NCBI GenBank assembly: GCA_041651095.1
Contig: JBAZJV010000004.1
Span: 7,735 to 71,734, forward strand
DNA: 64,000 nt
Origin: Patescibacteria group bacterium
GTDB lineage: Bacteria; Patescibacteriota; Patescibacteriia; Patescibacteriales; UBA12465
Reading direction: 5' to 3'
Shown here: piece by piece, positions 17,106 to 26,115 of the stretch
Position numbering within the stretch: the first letter of the stretch is position 1
Layout: each line of letters begins with the position of its first letter
Notes under the pieces: generated by a model
Database searches by the model: none
Told to the model about the DNA's origin: nothing
What the model saw: only the letters and a program-made list of their open reading frames with translations
Position numbers and translations under genes: made by a program

Positions 17106-17407
17106 CTCCCGGGGTGGGATTCGAACCCACGACCAATTGGTTACACTTATCCTCATGTTTCCATGCGGGGTGGACTATATCATCATCCGCTGAATACGGA
17201 TGCGGGGCGCTTCGGGCCGCCCTATGGGCGGACCTACTCCCTTTCGGGATAGTCTCTGAACCTTCTCTATAATAGAGCTTGGCTGCTGATTACCATATCC
17301 TTTCAGATTTAGGCTTCCAGCAATTCACCTCGTTTTCACCCTCTGATTGCTCAAAGGGGCTGCGTTTATGTTCACAGCCAACTGCGCTACCGCTGCGCTA
17401 CCCGGGA
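17106..17407 (-). tRNA. tRNA-Asn(GUU) interrupted by a 230-nt group I intron (exons 17374-17407 and 17106-17143; no encoded CCA)
   Basis: exons fold into cloverleaf: acceptor UCCCGGG/CCCGGGA, D-arm GCGC-AGCGGTA-GCGC, anticodon stem GUUGG/CCAAU with loop CUGU|UAA, variable UGGUC, T-arm GUGGG-UUCGAAU-CCCAC, G73; near-identical to E. coli tRNA-Asn outside the stems. Confidence 0.85.
17144..17373 (-). other. group I self-splicing intron (IC3-like) in anticodon loop between U35 and U36
   Basis: R element GUUCAGAGACUA (plus 17250-17261), S element GAUAUAGUCC (17172-17181), Q-like AAUCAGCAGCCAAG, IGS GCAGCC pairing exon GGCUGU with U.G at splice site, terminal G. Confidence 0.8.
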
Positions 17408-17505
17408 ATATTAAGTTGTTTTTCGGGTTGGCGCTCCTGGCGCCCGGTCCCAAAAATAAAATATTTCAAACGAAATATTTACTAATATGATAGCAAATAC
17501 CGGAG

Positions 17506-17979
17506 TTATGTCAATAAGCCTATCAGCCGCCCGGCCAGCCAGCTAAGAGCCAGGACCAGGAGGGCGATGCTCAGGTGTTCGGCGATCATATTGAACGGCT
17601 TTTTTCCGTTTACTTTGGCAATATAATAATTCAGGAGCACTAGAATTAAGATGCCCCAGCCGACGGCAACCACCAAGGCCCAGGGCATCGGCAACGCTAG
17701 TACCGGCACCAGAAAACTCAGGCCGAAAACCAGCTTGGCAACGAAAGTATAACCGGTCGCTTTCCAGATCTCCTGGTGGCTGAAGTTCCCTTCTGATTCC
17801 TTGACCAAGTGGACGCCCAGGGAATCGGAAAACGCGTCGGCAATTGCTATCGTCATGATGCCAGCGGCCACGGCCAAGCGCGATCCGGTACCGGTCTCCA
17901 AGCCGATGATCAGCCCCAGGGTCGTGATGCTCGCCGAAGTCAGACCGAAGCTGATGCCGACTTTTTCTGCTTTATCCAT
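17506..17979 (-). CDS. small membrane protein (VIT1/DUF125-like)
   Basis: 4-5 TM; weak recall-based similarity. Confidence 0.3.
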   Translation of the reverse strand: MDKAEKVGISFGLTSASITTLGLIIGLETGTGSRLAVAAGIMTIAIADAFSDSLGVHLVKESEGNFSHQEIWKATGYTFVAKLVFGLSFLVPVLALPMPWALVVAVGWGILILVLLNYYIAKVNGKKPFNMIAEHLSIALLVLALSWLAGRLIGLLT

Positions 17980-17980
17980 T

Positions 17981-19006
17981 TTATTGTGATTTAGCTATTT
18001 TCTTAACCCAGCCCACACCGGCATCCAGCTCCAATAAATCCCCGTCCTGAAAAATCTTGGTGGCCGCCTTAGTGGCGATCAGGCAGGGCTTATTCATTTC
18101 CCGGGCAACGATGGCGGCATGACAAATGATACCGCCCTCATCGGTTACTATAGCCGCCGCTTTTTTAAGCGCGGGCATAAAATTGGCCGTGGTCATAGGC
18201 GAAACAATGATATCTCCTACCTTGACCTTGGCCAAGTCATTAGTGGTATATAGCAATTTAGCCGGACCGATGACCTTGCCAGGACAAGCGGTTTGGCCTG
18301 TTAAGACTCCACCGGAACCTTCTACAGCCTCCTCTATAAACCGATAGCCGGTCTGCTCAGCATACTCCTCCAACGTCTGGATCCGGCTATACCCGTCAGA
18401 GACACAGACGTAGTGTTCATAGCGCTGCTGCATTTCCGCGACGCTCGGCATCCGGTCTAAATCATTGATACAGACGGCGTTGACGTAATCCTTGATTTGC
18501 GGGAACAGTTTCCGCACGGTGTTGACAAAGACTTTATTGGAAGAGGAAAAATAGTGGTCGCCGTCTCGCAAAGCATAGGCGCGCTGCTTGACTGCGCCCT
18601 TGACCCGATTCTCGTAGGAAATATAGAGGATGAACAGGTCGCCAGCCATATTGTCCCGGACCGCGGTAATAAAATCCTTGAGATCTCTCAGGCTGTCTAA
18701 TACGCCGCGCTGCCAGACTTTCTCGAGCGGCTCTTTCTTATCTACAAAACGCTGCAGAAAATGCAGCGCTGCTTGCGGCTGAGCCTGGCTGAACTTGGCA
18801 AACTGGTCCTTGATATATTTTACCGACTCATCGTTCTCCCAGATTTCACAGGAACCGTGGTACAGGTAATCGACGACCGAGGGACGAAAGGGATTCTTAG
18901 GCACGATTTCGCTTAGCCCTTCTTCCATGCTTATCGGCCACAGCTGCTGCAGGATCATTATTGTATCCCGCGTGAAATTCTTATGAAAAGTAAAGGGCTG
19001 GGCCAT
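17981..19006 (-). CDS. PEP-utilising-enzyme mobile (phosphohistidine) domain protein with unknown N-terminal domain
   Basis: C-terminal TDEGGIICHAAIVAREM phosphohistidine motif. Confidence 0.6.
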   Translation of the reverse strand: MAQPFTFHKNFTRDTIMILQQLWPISMEEGLSEIVPKNPFRPSVVDYLYHGSCEIWENDESVKYIKDQFAKFSQAQPQAALHFLQRFVDKKEPLEKVWQRGVLDSLRDLKDFITAVRDNMAGDLFILYISYENRVKGAVKQRAYALRDGDHYFSSSNKVFVNTVRKLFPQIKDYVNAVCINDLDRMPSVAEMQQRYEHYVCVSDGYSRIQTLEEYAEQTGYRFIEEAVEGSGGVLTGQTACPGKVIGPAKLLYTTNDLAKVKVGDIIVSPMTTANFMPALKKAAAIVTDEGGIICHAAIVAREMNKPCLIATKAATKIFQDGDLLELDAGVGWVKKIAKSQ

Positions 19007-19018
19007 AGGTTTTGATGA

Positions 19019-20296
19019 CTAGTAGTCCCTCAGTTTCTCCAAGCCCTTGAACTTGCGGATCTTCTCCAGGGCCTTGGACTCTATCTGCCGGATGCGTTCG
19101 CGAGTGACTTCAAATTCCTGACCGACTTCTTCCAGAGTATGGGCCACGCCGTCAACCAGCCCGAAGCGCATTTCCAGAATCTTCTGTTCGCGCGGCGAGA
19201 GCTGGGATACGATGTTTTTGACGTAATCACGGAGCAGCTGCAAAGCGGCCGCCCGATCCGGGGTGACATTCTTCACGTCTTCGATGAAGTCCTCCAGGGT
19301 GGAGTCTTCGCCGTCATCGCCGATGGTGGTCTCCAGAGAAATGGTATCCTGGGAAATCTTCATAATGTACCTGACTTTCTCCAAAGGCTCGCCCATTTCC
19401 GAAGCGATTTCCTCGGCTAATGGTTCGCGGCCGAGTTCCTGGATCAGGTTACGCTGGACTTGCTGGAACTTGTTGATGTTTTCCACCATGTGGACCGGAA
19501 TGCGGATGGTGCGGGATTGATCGGCTAAGGCGCGCGTAATGGCCTGGCGGATCCACCAGGTGGCATAGGTTGAAAACTTAAAGCCCTTGCGGTATTCGAA
19601 TTTCTCTACCGCCCTGAACAAGCCGATATTCCCTTCCTGAATAAGGTCCAGGAGGCTCATGCCCTTGGCGCCGGCGAATTTCTTGGCAATGGAAACGACC
19701 AGGCGCAGATTGGCCTCGATGATTTTCTTTTCCGCTTCCTTATCACCCTTTTCCTTGCGCTTGGCCAGCTCCACTTCTTCTTCGCTGCTTAACAGCGGCA
19801 CTTTGCCGATCTCTTTCAAGTACATCTGGATGGAATCGGCGCTGAGTTTCGAGAGATCGATATTCAGGGCGGCCTGATGCGCCGCGGCCTTGCCGGTTAA
19901 AGGCGGTTCCTGGGCTTTCTTTTCGGCGGTATCCAGGATGCGGCCGGAGTCTTCCATGATGCGCACGCCGCTACGCTGCAGCTCGCCCAAAAAGACGTCA
20001 AAGTCATAGACGTATTCTTCCACTTCCGGAAAAAGATATAATAGTTCGGTCTCGGTAATGAAACCGCGCAGGCGCCCCTTATCAATCAGTTTTTTCATCT
20101 GCTCTTCCGTCGGTCTCGCGACCTGATGCTCTTCGCGGCTGTGCTTGATTTTAGGCTTGGAGTTATGATGCGGCTTCTTGGATTTATTTTTGCTATTTTT
20201 AGCCAATTTATTTCCAAGCGGCCTCTTGGCTTTAGTGGTCGTATGCTTGGCCTTGGTCGCGGTCTTCTTGGTTTTTTTAACGGCTTTCTTAGCCAT
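19019..20296 (-). CDS. rpoD: RNA polymerase sigma-70 factor RpoD with Lys-rich N-terminal tail
   Basis: regions 2-4: [39 protein letters not shown]. Confidence 0.9.
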   Translation of the reverse strand: MAKKAVKKTKKTATKAKHTTTKAKRPLGNKLAKNSKNKSKKPHHNSKPKIKHSREEHQVARPTEEQMKKLIDKGRLRGFITETELLYLFPEVEEYVYDFDVFLGELQRSGVRIMEDSGRILDTAEKKAQEPPLTGKAAAHQAALNIDLSKLSADSIQMYLKEIGKVPLLSSEEEVELAKRKEKGDKEAEKKIIEANLRLVVSIAKKFAGAKGMSLLDLIQEGNIGLFRAVEKFEYRKGFKFSTYATWWIRQAITRALADQSRTIRIPVHMVENINKFQQVQRNLIQELGREPLAEEIASEMGEPLEKVRYIMKISQDTISLETTIGDDGEDSTLEDFIEDVKNVTPDRAAALQLLRDYVKNIVSQLSPREQKILEMRFGLVDGVAHTLEEVGQEFEVTRERIRQIESKALEKIRKFKGLEKLRDY

Positions 20297-20305
20297 AGTG
20301 ATAAG

Positions 20306-22096
20306 TTATAAAGTCATTAAATCTTTTAATTCGCCCATCAGCTTGTTCAATTCTTCGCTGTTCCCGGTTTTCTCGGCTTGGGCAATAGACTTTTGCAGTT
20401 TCTGGATCTTTTTCTGCCGGCCGTATTTCTTTAATTCGCCGATGATACCGACGATTTCGGCCTTGGCCTGCGCCGGCTCGAAATTATAAAAATCCTTTTC
20501 ACCTAAAAGGATGAGCTTATCCAATAATTTTTCATCCCCCGCCCCTTGCTCTTCCAGATACAGCCGGAAATTATCATAGTCCAAAGAGGCAGTCTTATTA
20601 TAGTAGATTATAAAACCCTTGTAAAACCGGGAAAAATCATGGCTCAGGTAATCCGGCTCCAGGTTGCTCACCCCGTAATTGACGAATTCCGGAAACTTGA
20701 CGAGGAGGGACAGGAATAGTTCCGCCAATTTGTCTTCCCGGCTCAGTTGCGGCGCTACCGGAGCCGCGGCCTTAGCTACTACGCCGCTCGCCGGCCCGTT
20801 CTTCTTCATGAGCGCGCCCAGCTTCTCCCTCAATTCCTGCTCGTTGGCGCCGATTTCCTGGCTCAGCTTGGTCAGCCAATAACTGCGCTCGATGTTGTTA
20901 TGGACATTGGCGAGCATCGCGAGCATCTGGCCCTCTATTTCCCGCCGGTCTTCGGTCTTATCCAGATCCAGTCCGGCGCTTACTTTATGGAAATAATACT
21001 CCAGCATGGGCTGCGCGCGTTCTACGGCCTCCTTGAAATCATCCGGATCGTTGCGCAGACATTCGTCCGGGTCCTTGCCCGAGGGCAAAGTGATCACTTT
21101 CAGGTTCATTTCCTGGGCCAGACATTCCTTGATGCCCCGGTCGGCGGCCATCTGTCCGGCTTTATCCATATCGAACAAGAGGGCGACGTTTTCCGTGAAA
21201 CGCTTAATAAGTGTCACCTGCTCGGTGGTCAAGGCCGTACCCGAGGAAGCGACCACGTTCTGGAAACCATGCTGGTGGCAGCTGATTGCGTCCATCTGGC
21301 CTTCGACGACGATGGCCAGATCAGCCTCGCGGATAGCGCTCTTCGCCTTGTTCAGGCCGAATAAGACCCGGCTCTTGTCATAGACCTTGGTTTGGGGGCT
21401 ATTGATGTACTTGCCCATCTTTTCCGTCTTTTCCTTTTCCGGATTGACCCGGGCGGTAAAAGCGATAATGTTATTGTTGCTGTCCCAGATCGGAAACATT
21501 ATCCGGTCGCGAAAGCGGTCGTAATAACCGCGGCCGCCTTCTTTCTTGGTAATCAGTCCGGCGGCGAAGATCTCTTCATCCGTATACTTCTGGCCGCTTA
21601 ATGGCCGCTGTTTCAAAAAGGAATATAATTTATCCCAGGCATCCGGGCTGTAGCCTAATTGCCAGTCCTTGATGATTTCCTCGCTCAGGCCGCGCCTGGT
21701 TAAGTATTCCCTGGCCTTGGCGCCCAGCGGTTCGCTAAGCACATGGGCATAGTATTTGCCGGCCAGCTCCAAAATATCCAGCAGACGGTTGCGCTCGGAA
21801 TAATCGCGGCTATTTTCATAATGCAGGGTCACGCCGGCTTTCGGCGCCAGGAGGCGCAGGGCTTCCATAAAGCCCAGGCCTTCTTTTTCCATGACAAAAC
21901 TGAAGACGTCTCCACCCCGGCCGCAGCCGAAACAATGCCAGATCTGCTTTTCCGGGGAAATCACGAAAGACGGCGTCTTCTCGTTATGGAACGGACACAA
22001 AGCCTGGAAGTTCGCGCCCACGGCCCGGACGGGCACGTATTCACGGATCACTTCCACGATGTCCAGTTTGGATTTGATGTCTTCGGCTTGGCCCAT
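20306..22096 (-). CDS. dnaG: DNA primase
   Basis: CHC2 zinc finger CPFHNEKTPSF...HCFGCG; TOPRIM IVVEGQMDAIS. Confidence 0.9.
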   Translation of the reverse strand: MGQAEDIKSKLDIVEVIREYVPVRAVGANFQALCPFHNEKTPSFVISPEKQIWHCFGCGRGGDVFSFVMEKEGLGFMEALRLLAPKAGVTLHYENSRDYSERNRLLDILELAGKYYAHVLSEPLGAKAREYLTRRGLSEEIIKDWQLGYSPDAWDKLYSFLKQRPLSGQKYTDEEIFAAGLITKKEGGRGYYDRFRDRIMFPIWDSNNNIIAFTARVNPEKEKTEKMGKYINSPQTKVYDKSRVLFGLNKAKSAIREADLAIVVEGQMDAISCHQHGFQNVVASSGTALTTEQVTLIKRFTENVALLFDMDKAGQMAADRGIKECLAQEMNLKVITLPSGKDPDECLRNDPDDFKEAVERAQPMLEYYFHKVSAGLDLDKTEDRREIEGQMLAMLANVHNNIERSYWLTKLSQEIGANEQELREKLGALMKKNGPASGVVAKAAAPVAPQLSREDKLAELFLSLLVKFPEFVNYGVSNLEPDYLSHDFSRFYKGFIIYYNKTASLDYDNFRLYLEEQGAGDEKLLDKLILLGEKDFYNFEPAQAKAEIVGIIGELKKYGRQKKIQKLQKSIAQAEKTGNSEELNKLMGELKDLMTL

Positions 22097-22101
22097 GTTG
22101 T

Positions 22102-22431
22102 CTAAACGAATAATTGATTGATCAACAGACTTTTTAATCTCTCTATTTCCCGCTCGACTACTTCCCCGTCGTATTCGGCGTTATGCCGGCTATAGCCCTC
22201 GTAGCCGGGGCGTTTCTGGTCCAGGTGCAGATTGAAAGTGATCTGCTCGTCGCCGCCGTCTTGAGGCGCGCTGGTAAAATAGACATGGAAACGGGGGTAA
22301 AAATCACGGCCCAGGCGGCGGGCGAAACTGGGCTGCCCGGCTTCCCGATCCGGGACCAAAGTATAGCCGGCCTGCCGGAGCCAGAGTTCCGGCGCGGCGC
22401 CTAATTGTTTCTTATTGACGATCAGTTTCAT
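22102..22431 (-). CDS. hypothetical protein (109 aa)
   Basis: ORF upstream of dnaG where rpsU is usually found; not S21-like. Confidence 0.4.
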   Translation of the reverse strand: MKLIVNKKQLGAAPELWLRQAGYTLVPDREAGQPSFARRLGRDFYPRFHVYFTSAPQDGGDEQITFNLHLDQKRPGYEGYSRHNAEYDGEVVEREIERLKSLLINQLFV

Positions 22432-22894
22432 TTTCGCCGATTTTAAAAATAATGAATTTATAGACCAGGAAATTAACGACGGCCAGCACCAAGTTGACGA
22501 TGATCTGGGCCAGGATGTACCAGGTCTGATACTTATTGACCAACAAATGCATGAACCAGCCGTTCAAGTACAGGCCGATGAGCGCGTTAATGATATATAA
22601 GAAGAGCTGGTGCAGGACTTTCTTCTGGCAATAATTGCGGAAGGTCCAGAATTTCTGCAAAGTGAAGCTGATCAGGAAAGCGCAGATAAAAGCCAGGCTG
22701 GTCGACAGGACGATGTCCAGACGAAATAAGCCGTGGAAGACGAAAAGCAGGACAATGTCGGCGCCCCCGGAAAAAGAACCGGCGATGAAGAATTTGATGA
22801 TTGATTTCTGGGGTTCGATTATTTTAAATATTCTTGGAAACTTAGTGGAAAAATAAAGACGCAAACGGTCGTAAAGCTGACGGATATGGGACAT
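22412..22894 (-). CDS. GtrA-family membrane protein (polyprenol-sugar flippase-like)
   Basis: 4 TM, KFFIAGSFSGGADIVLLFVF and TLQKFWTFRN motifs. Confidence 0.55.
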   Translation of the reverse strand: MSHIRQLYDRLRLYFSTKFPRIFKIIEPQKSIIKFFIAGSFSGGADIVLLFVFHGLFRLDIVLSTSLAFICAFLISFTLQKFWTFRNYCQKKVLHQLFLYIINALIGLYLNGWFMHLLVNKYQTWYILAQIIVNLVLAVVNFLVYKFIIFKIGENETDRQ

Positions 22895-22920
22895 AATTTA
22901 AAACGTGATTAAAATAGTTC

Positions 22921-23793
22921 TTACCTTTTCCAATTATAGCTGTTAAATACCCAATTAGCCAGGTACTTGCTCTCTCTGAAACGCTCGTTCTTGCCGTCCG
23001 AATTAAGGATGACGGCAATAACTTCCCGGCCGCTGGCGTCTTGGAGGCGGCCGACGAAACAGTAGCCGGCCTGATCGGTATAGCCGGTCTTGCCGCCCAG
23101 GACTTGCAGGCCTTTCGGCACCGGATCGAAAAGCAGATAATCCGTTGAGTCTATCTGCTTGTTCCGGCCGTCCTGGGTCGTGAATTCATAGGTGCTCTTG
23201 GTGGTCGCTTCCCTGATCTCGGGCGCCTTGAGCGCGGACTGAGCCAGGAGCGCCACTTCGCGCGCCGTCGACACGTCTTTATCGCTCAGGCCGATGGGAT
23301 CGACGAAACTGGTGCGGGCTAAGCCTAAGGCTCTGGCCTTGGCGTTCATCCGGCTGACGAAATCCGCCTCGCTCAGGCCGGAGGCATGGACCAGCGCCAG
23401 CGTCGCCCCGTTATCGGAAGCGACCAGGCTGGTATAGAACAGGTCGCGCATCGTCACTTCTTCGCCGCGGAACAGATGCCATTTGCCGCCTTCCACTTCG
23501 TCGTCAGGCGTGATCTTATAGGTCTCTTCCCAGCCCGGATTATTCTCCAGGAAGACCAGGGCGGTCATCAGCTTGGTGATGCTGGCGATAGGCTGGACTT
23601 CGTCGGCGTTCCGGGCGAACAGGAAGAAACGGCCGTCAGCGGACAGGACCGCGCTGCGCGGCGCCCGGATTTCCGGTTGCGCCGCCGCCGGGCTGAGCGT
23701 AATCAGCCGGACGTCGGAATTGACGCGCGGCGCCAGACCGTTGAACCCGAACAGCAAAATCAATATTAGATTGGCTATGGCGTTCCAAAACAT
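22921..23793 (-). CDS. dacA: serine-type D-Ala-D-Ala carboxypeptidase (S11, PBP5-like)
   Basis: SITK (SxxK), SDN, KTG motifs in order. Confidence 0.8.
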   Translation of the reverse strand: MFWNAIANLILILLFGFNGLAPRVNSDVRLITLSPAAAQPEIRAPRSAVLSADGRFFLFARNADEVQPIASITKLMTALVFLENNPGWEETYKITPDDEVEGGKWHLFRGEEVTMRDLFYTSLVASDNGATLALVHASGLSEADFVSRMNAKARALGLARTSFVDPIGLSDKDVSTAREVALLAQSALKAPEIREATTKSTYEFTTQDGRNKQIDSTDYLLFDPVPKGLQVLGGKTGYTDQAGYCFVGRLQDASGREVIAVILNSDGKNERFRESKYLANWVFNSYNWKR

Positions 23794-23805
23794 GGACTGA
23801 TAGAT

Positions 23806-24354
23806 TTATTTTTCGTCTTCGCCGGCCGAGAGGACCGATTCAATGCTTTCCGTCCGGTGCAACTTCTCGTAATCTGGCAAGGCGGCCACTTCGCTCAGGC
23901 CCAGGAAACGGACGAAATCATGAGTAACGGTATAATAATATTCGTTTTTGCTCTTTTCAAATTTCTCTTCGATCAGGCCGCGCAGGAGCAGATTGCGAAT
24001 GATGAGCGCGCAATTGACGCCACGGATGCGATCCAGTTCCAGCTTGGCGATGGGGCCGCGGTAGGCGATTATCGTGAGCGCTTCCAGGCTGGGCTGGGAC
24101 AGTTCGCCGCTGGTCTCGTCTTTCAGAAATTCCTTGATCAGGCCGGCATTAGCGCCGGCGGTCGTGAGCTGGTACTGGTTATTATTCTTGACCAGGGCCA
24201 GGCCGCGTTCGCCCGTCTCATATTCTTGAGACAGTTCGCCGAGCGCTTCCTCCACTTCCTTGGGCTTGGTCTGCGTAAGATTAGCCAGGTCCTTAGCCGA
24301 AAGCGGCTTGAGAGAAACGAATAACAAGGATTCTAATTGGGATTTTAGGGGCAT
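23806..24354 (-). CDS. scpB: segregation and condensation protein B
   Basis: ESLLFVS...EVEEAL...NNNQYQL signature. Confidence 0.85.
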   Translation of the reverse strand: MPLKSQLESLLFVSLKPLSAKDLANLTQTKPKEVEEALGELSQEYETGERGLALVKNNNQYQLTTAGANAGLIKEFLKDETSGELSQPSLEALTIIAYRGPIAKLELDRIRGVNCALIIRNLLLRGLIEEKFEKSKNEYYYTVTHDFVRFLGLSEVAALPDYEKLHRTESIESVLSAGEDEK

Positions 24355-24366
24355 ATGTGATGTTGT

Positions 24367-25095
24367 TTAATCGGTCTTACGGCTAATATGGATCTCGCTG
24401 AACAATTCTTCCTGTTCGAAAAACAGCTCCTTCTGCTTGGCCAGCTCCAGGACGGCTAGGAAGCTGACGATGATTTCGGTTCTGGACTGGGCGGCGGCCA
24501 AAAGGCGGGAAAAGTTGACCTTGAGCTTATCCAAAAGCAGCTGCTTGATCTCGCTTATCCGGTCCTCGATATTGATTTTCGGTTCCAGGGTGGCTTCCGG
24601 CAATTTTTCTTCCTGCTCTTTTTCCAAGCGCGCCAATAGAGCCAGGAATTTCTCATGCATTATAGCCTGGGTCAGCTTGGCCGGCGGCGAAAAGACCGGC
24701 AGATTGAACTGGCTGCGCCGGCTCCTGGCGCCGACTAAGGGCGGCAGATAGAGCCAATGCTGGCCGCCGATGATCGCCTTGATGTTCTGGCTGGCCGTAA
24801 CGAATTCCTTATACATCCTTAATTGGCGTTCCAGGTCGCTGATCTCTTCCTCTTCTTCGCCGGTATAGAGATACGGCAGCAGAGCCTTGGATTTGATGAA
24901 CAGCAGCTTGGCGGCGATCACCAAAAAATCCGCCAGCTCCTCCGGATCGATGTCTTTGGCGGCGCGGATATAGGCCACGTATTCATCGGCGATCTTGGCT
25001 AGCGAGAATTCGGTGATATCCAGCTCTTCCTGTTCGATCAGGTTCAGGAGCAAGCCCAAAGGACCGGAAAATTTTTCAGTCTTTATTTCCAACAT
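24367..25095 (-). CDS. scpA: segregation and condensation protein A
   Basis: N-terminal KFSGPLGLLLNLIEQEELDITEFSLAKIADEY. Confidence 0.8.
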   Translation of the reverse strand: MLEIKTEKFSGPLGLLLNLIEQEELDITEFSLAKIADEYVAYIRAAKDIDPEELADFLVIAAKLLFIKSKALLPYLYTGEEEEEISDLERQLRMYKEFVTASQNIKAIIGGQHWLYLPPLVGARSRRSQFNLPVFSPPAKLTQAIMHEKFLALLARLEKEQEEKLPEATLEPKINIEDRISEIKQLLLDKLKVNFSRLLAAAQSRTEIIVSFLAVLELAKQKELFFEQEELFSEIHISRKTD

Positions 25096-25098
25096 AGC

Positions 25099-26106
25099 TT
25101 AATCCAACAGCTTGGCTTTCGCCGGCAAGACGTACAGGTTGCCGGTCAAGCATTGGTAGCCGGCCCGATGGTTCTTGCCGTCCCCGACATAGGAAACCGG
25201 CATCCGGCCGTTATCGGTCGCGCTATCCAGACGGAAAGTCGCGCAAAATTCGAAGCTCTTATCACCCAGCTTATGATACGCTATCGGCGCCTTGGTCTCC
25301 GGATCGACCAGCATATCGCTGTTCAAGTAGATGTTGGCGTCGCCCTGAACCGCCGCCAGGTCATCCGGCAGCTTCTTATAGCGCTCATAATAGTTATTGA
25401 CTACGGCTTCCAAATTGGAAATATTATTAGTGAGCGCCTGATCCAGACGCCGGGCCCGGGCGATTTTCGGCGGCTCCACGAAAAACCAGGCCGCGATAAA
25501 GACCGCCAGGACGACGACTAAAGACGCCCAGAAATAAATCGTCACGACCTTATCTTTCTTATCCGGATCATTGCGCTTGATCTCGTAGAAATAATACGAG
25601 AAAGCGGCGGCGGCGATGACAAAGATGGTGAGCGCCTTCAGGATGAAGCGGCTCGTCAGCTCCCCGCCCAGGAAGACGTTGATCGTGCCGATGAAGACTC
25701 CGAGTACGACCAGCGAGGAAATGAGCAGGATGAAATAGGTCAGCCAGCGGCGGATCGCCGAATCCTTTTCCAGTTCCCCGCGGCGCAGGCCGCGAGCGAT
25801 TAGCCAGGACATGACATAGAAAATAGGCGCGGCGATGAACAGGGCGGAAATGGCGAATTTCAACTGGCTGTCGCTGCCGCTGTAACTGACCAGGACGTCG
25901 GCGACGGTCTGATTGATGATGCCGAAACAGATCATGCCGACCGCCTGGGCCGTGAAGACCAGGGCGACCAGGGACAGGAGATAATAAAACGCGTATTTGG
26001 CGTTGTGCTTGTTAGACATATGATTGTTTTCGTCGCGGGCCGCCAAGGCCAGAGCAATGACCATAACGGTCGCGACGGATATGAAAATAGCGAAAAAAAT
26101 ACTCAT
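25099..26106 (-). CDS. hypothetical membrane protein (6 TM + C-terminal soluble domain)
   Basis: hydrophobicity pattern only. Confidence 0.45.
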   Translation of the reverse strand: MSIFFAIFISVATVMVIALALAARDENNHMSNKHNAKYAFYYLLSLVALVFTAQAVGMICFGIINQTVADVLVSYSGSDSQLKFAISALFIAAPIFYVMSWLIARGLRRGELEKDSAIRRWLTYFILLISSLVVLGVFIGTINVFLGGELTSRFILKALTIFVIAAAAFSYYFYEIKRNDPDKKDKVVTIYFWASLVVVLAVFIAAWFFVEPPKIARARRLDQALTNNISNLEAVVNNYYERYKKLPDDLAAVQGDANIYLNSDMLVDPETKAPIAYHKLGDKSFEFCATFRLDSATDNGRMPVSYVGDGKNHRAGYQCLTGNLYVLPAKAKLLD

Positions 26107-26115
26107 ATTAGACGG

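Noticed and set aside
17106-17407. Alternative identities tRNA-His(GUG) or tRNA-Thr(UGU) for the split tRNA
   Set aside because: Those splice positions (after A38 or after U33) either leave no terminal intron G or give a U-A pair in P1 instead of the required U.G wobble. The 35/36 junction gives a 7-nt loop CUGUUAA and matches tRNA-Asn throughout, including G73 and U1-A72.
17104-17460. tmRNA (ssrA) as the explanation for the ~350-nt structured RNA with a tRNA-like 3' end
   Set aside because: The 5' end forms a complete tRNA 5' half (acceptor, D-arm, anticodon stem) and not a tmRNA 5' acceptor strand. No tag-peptide ORF or resume codon is present. Group I R/S/Q elements and a U.G P1 account for the whole insert.
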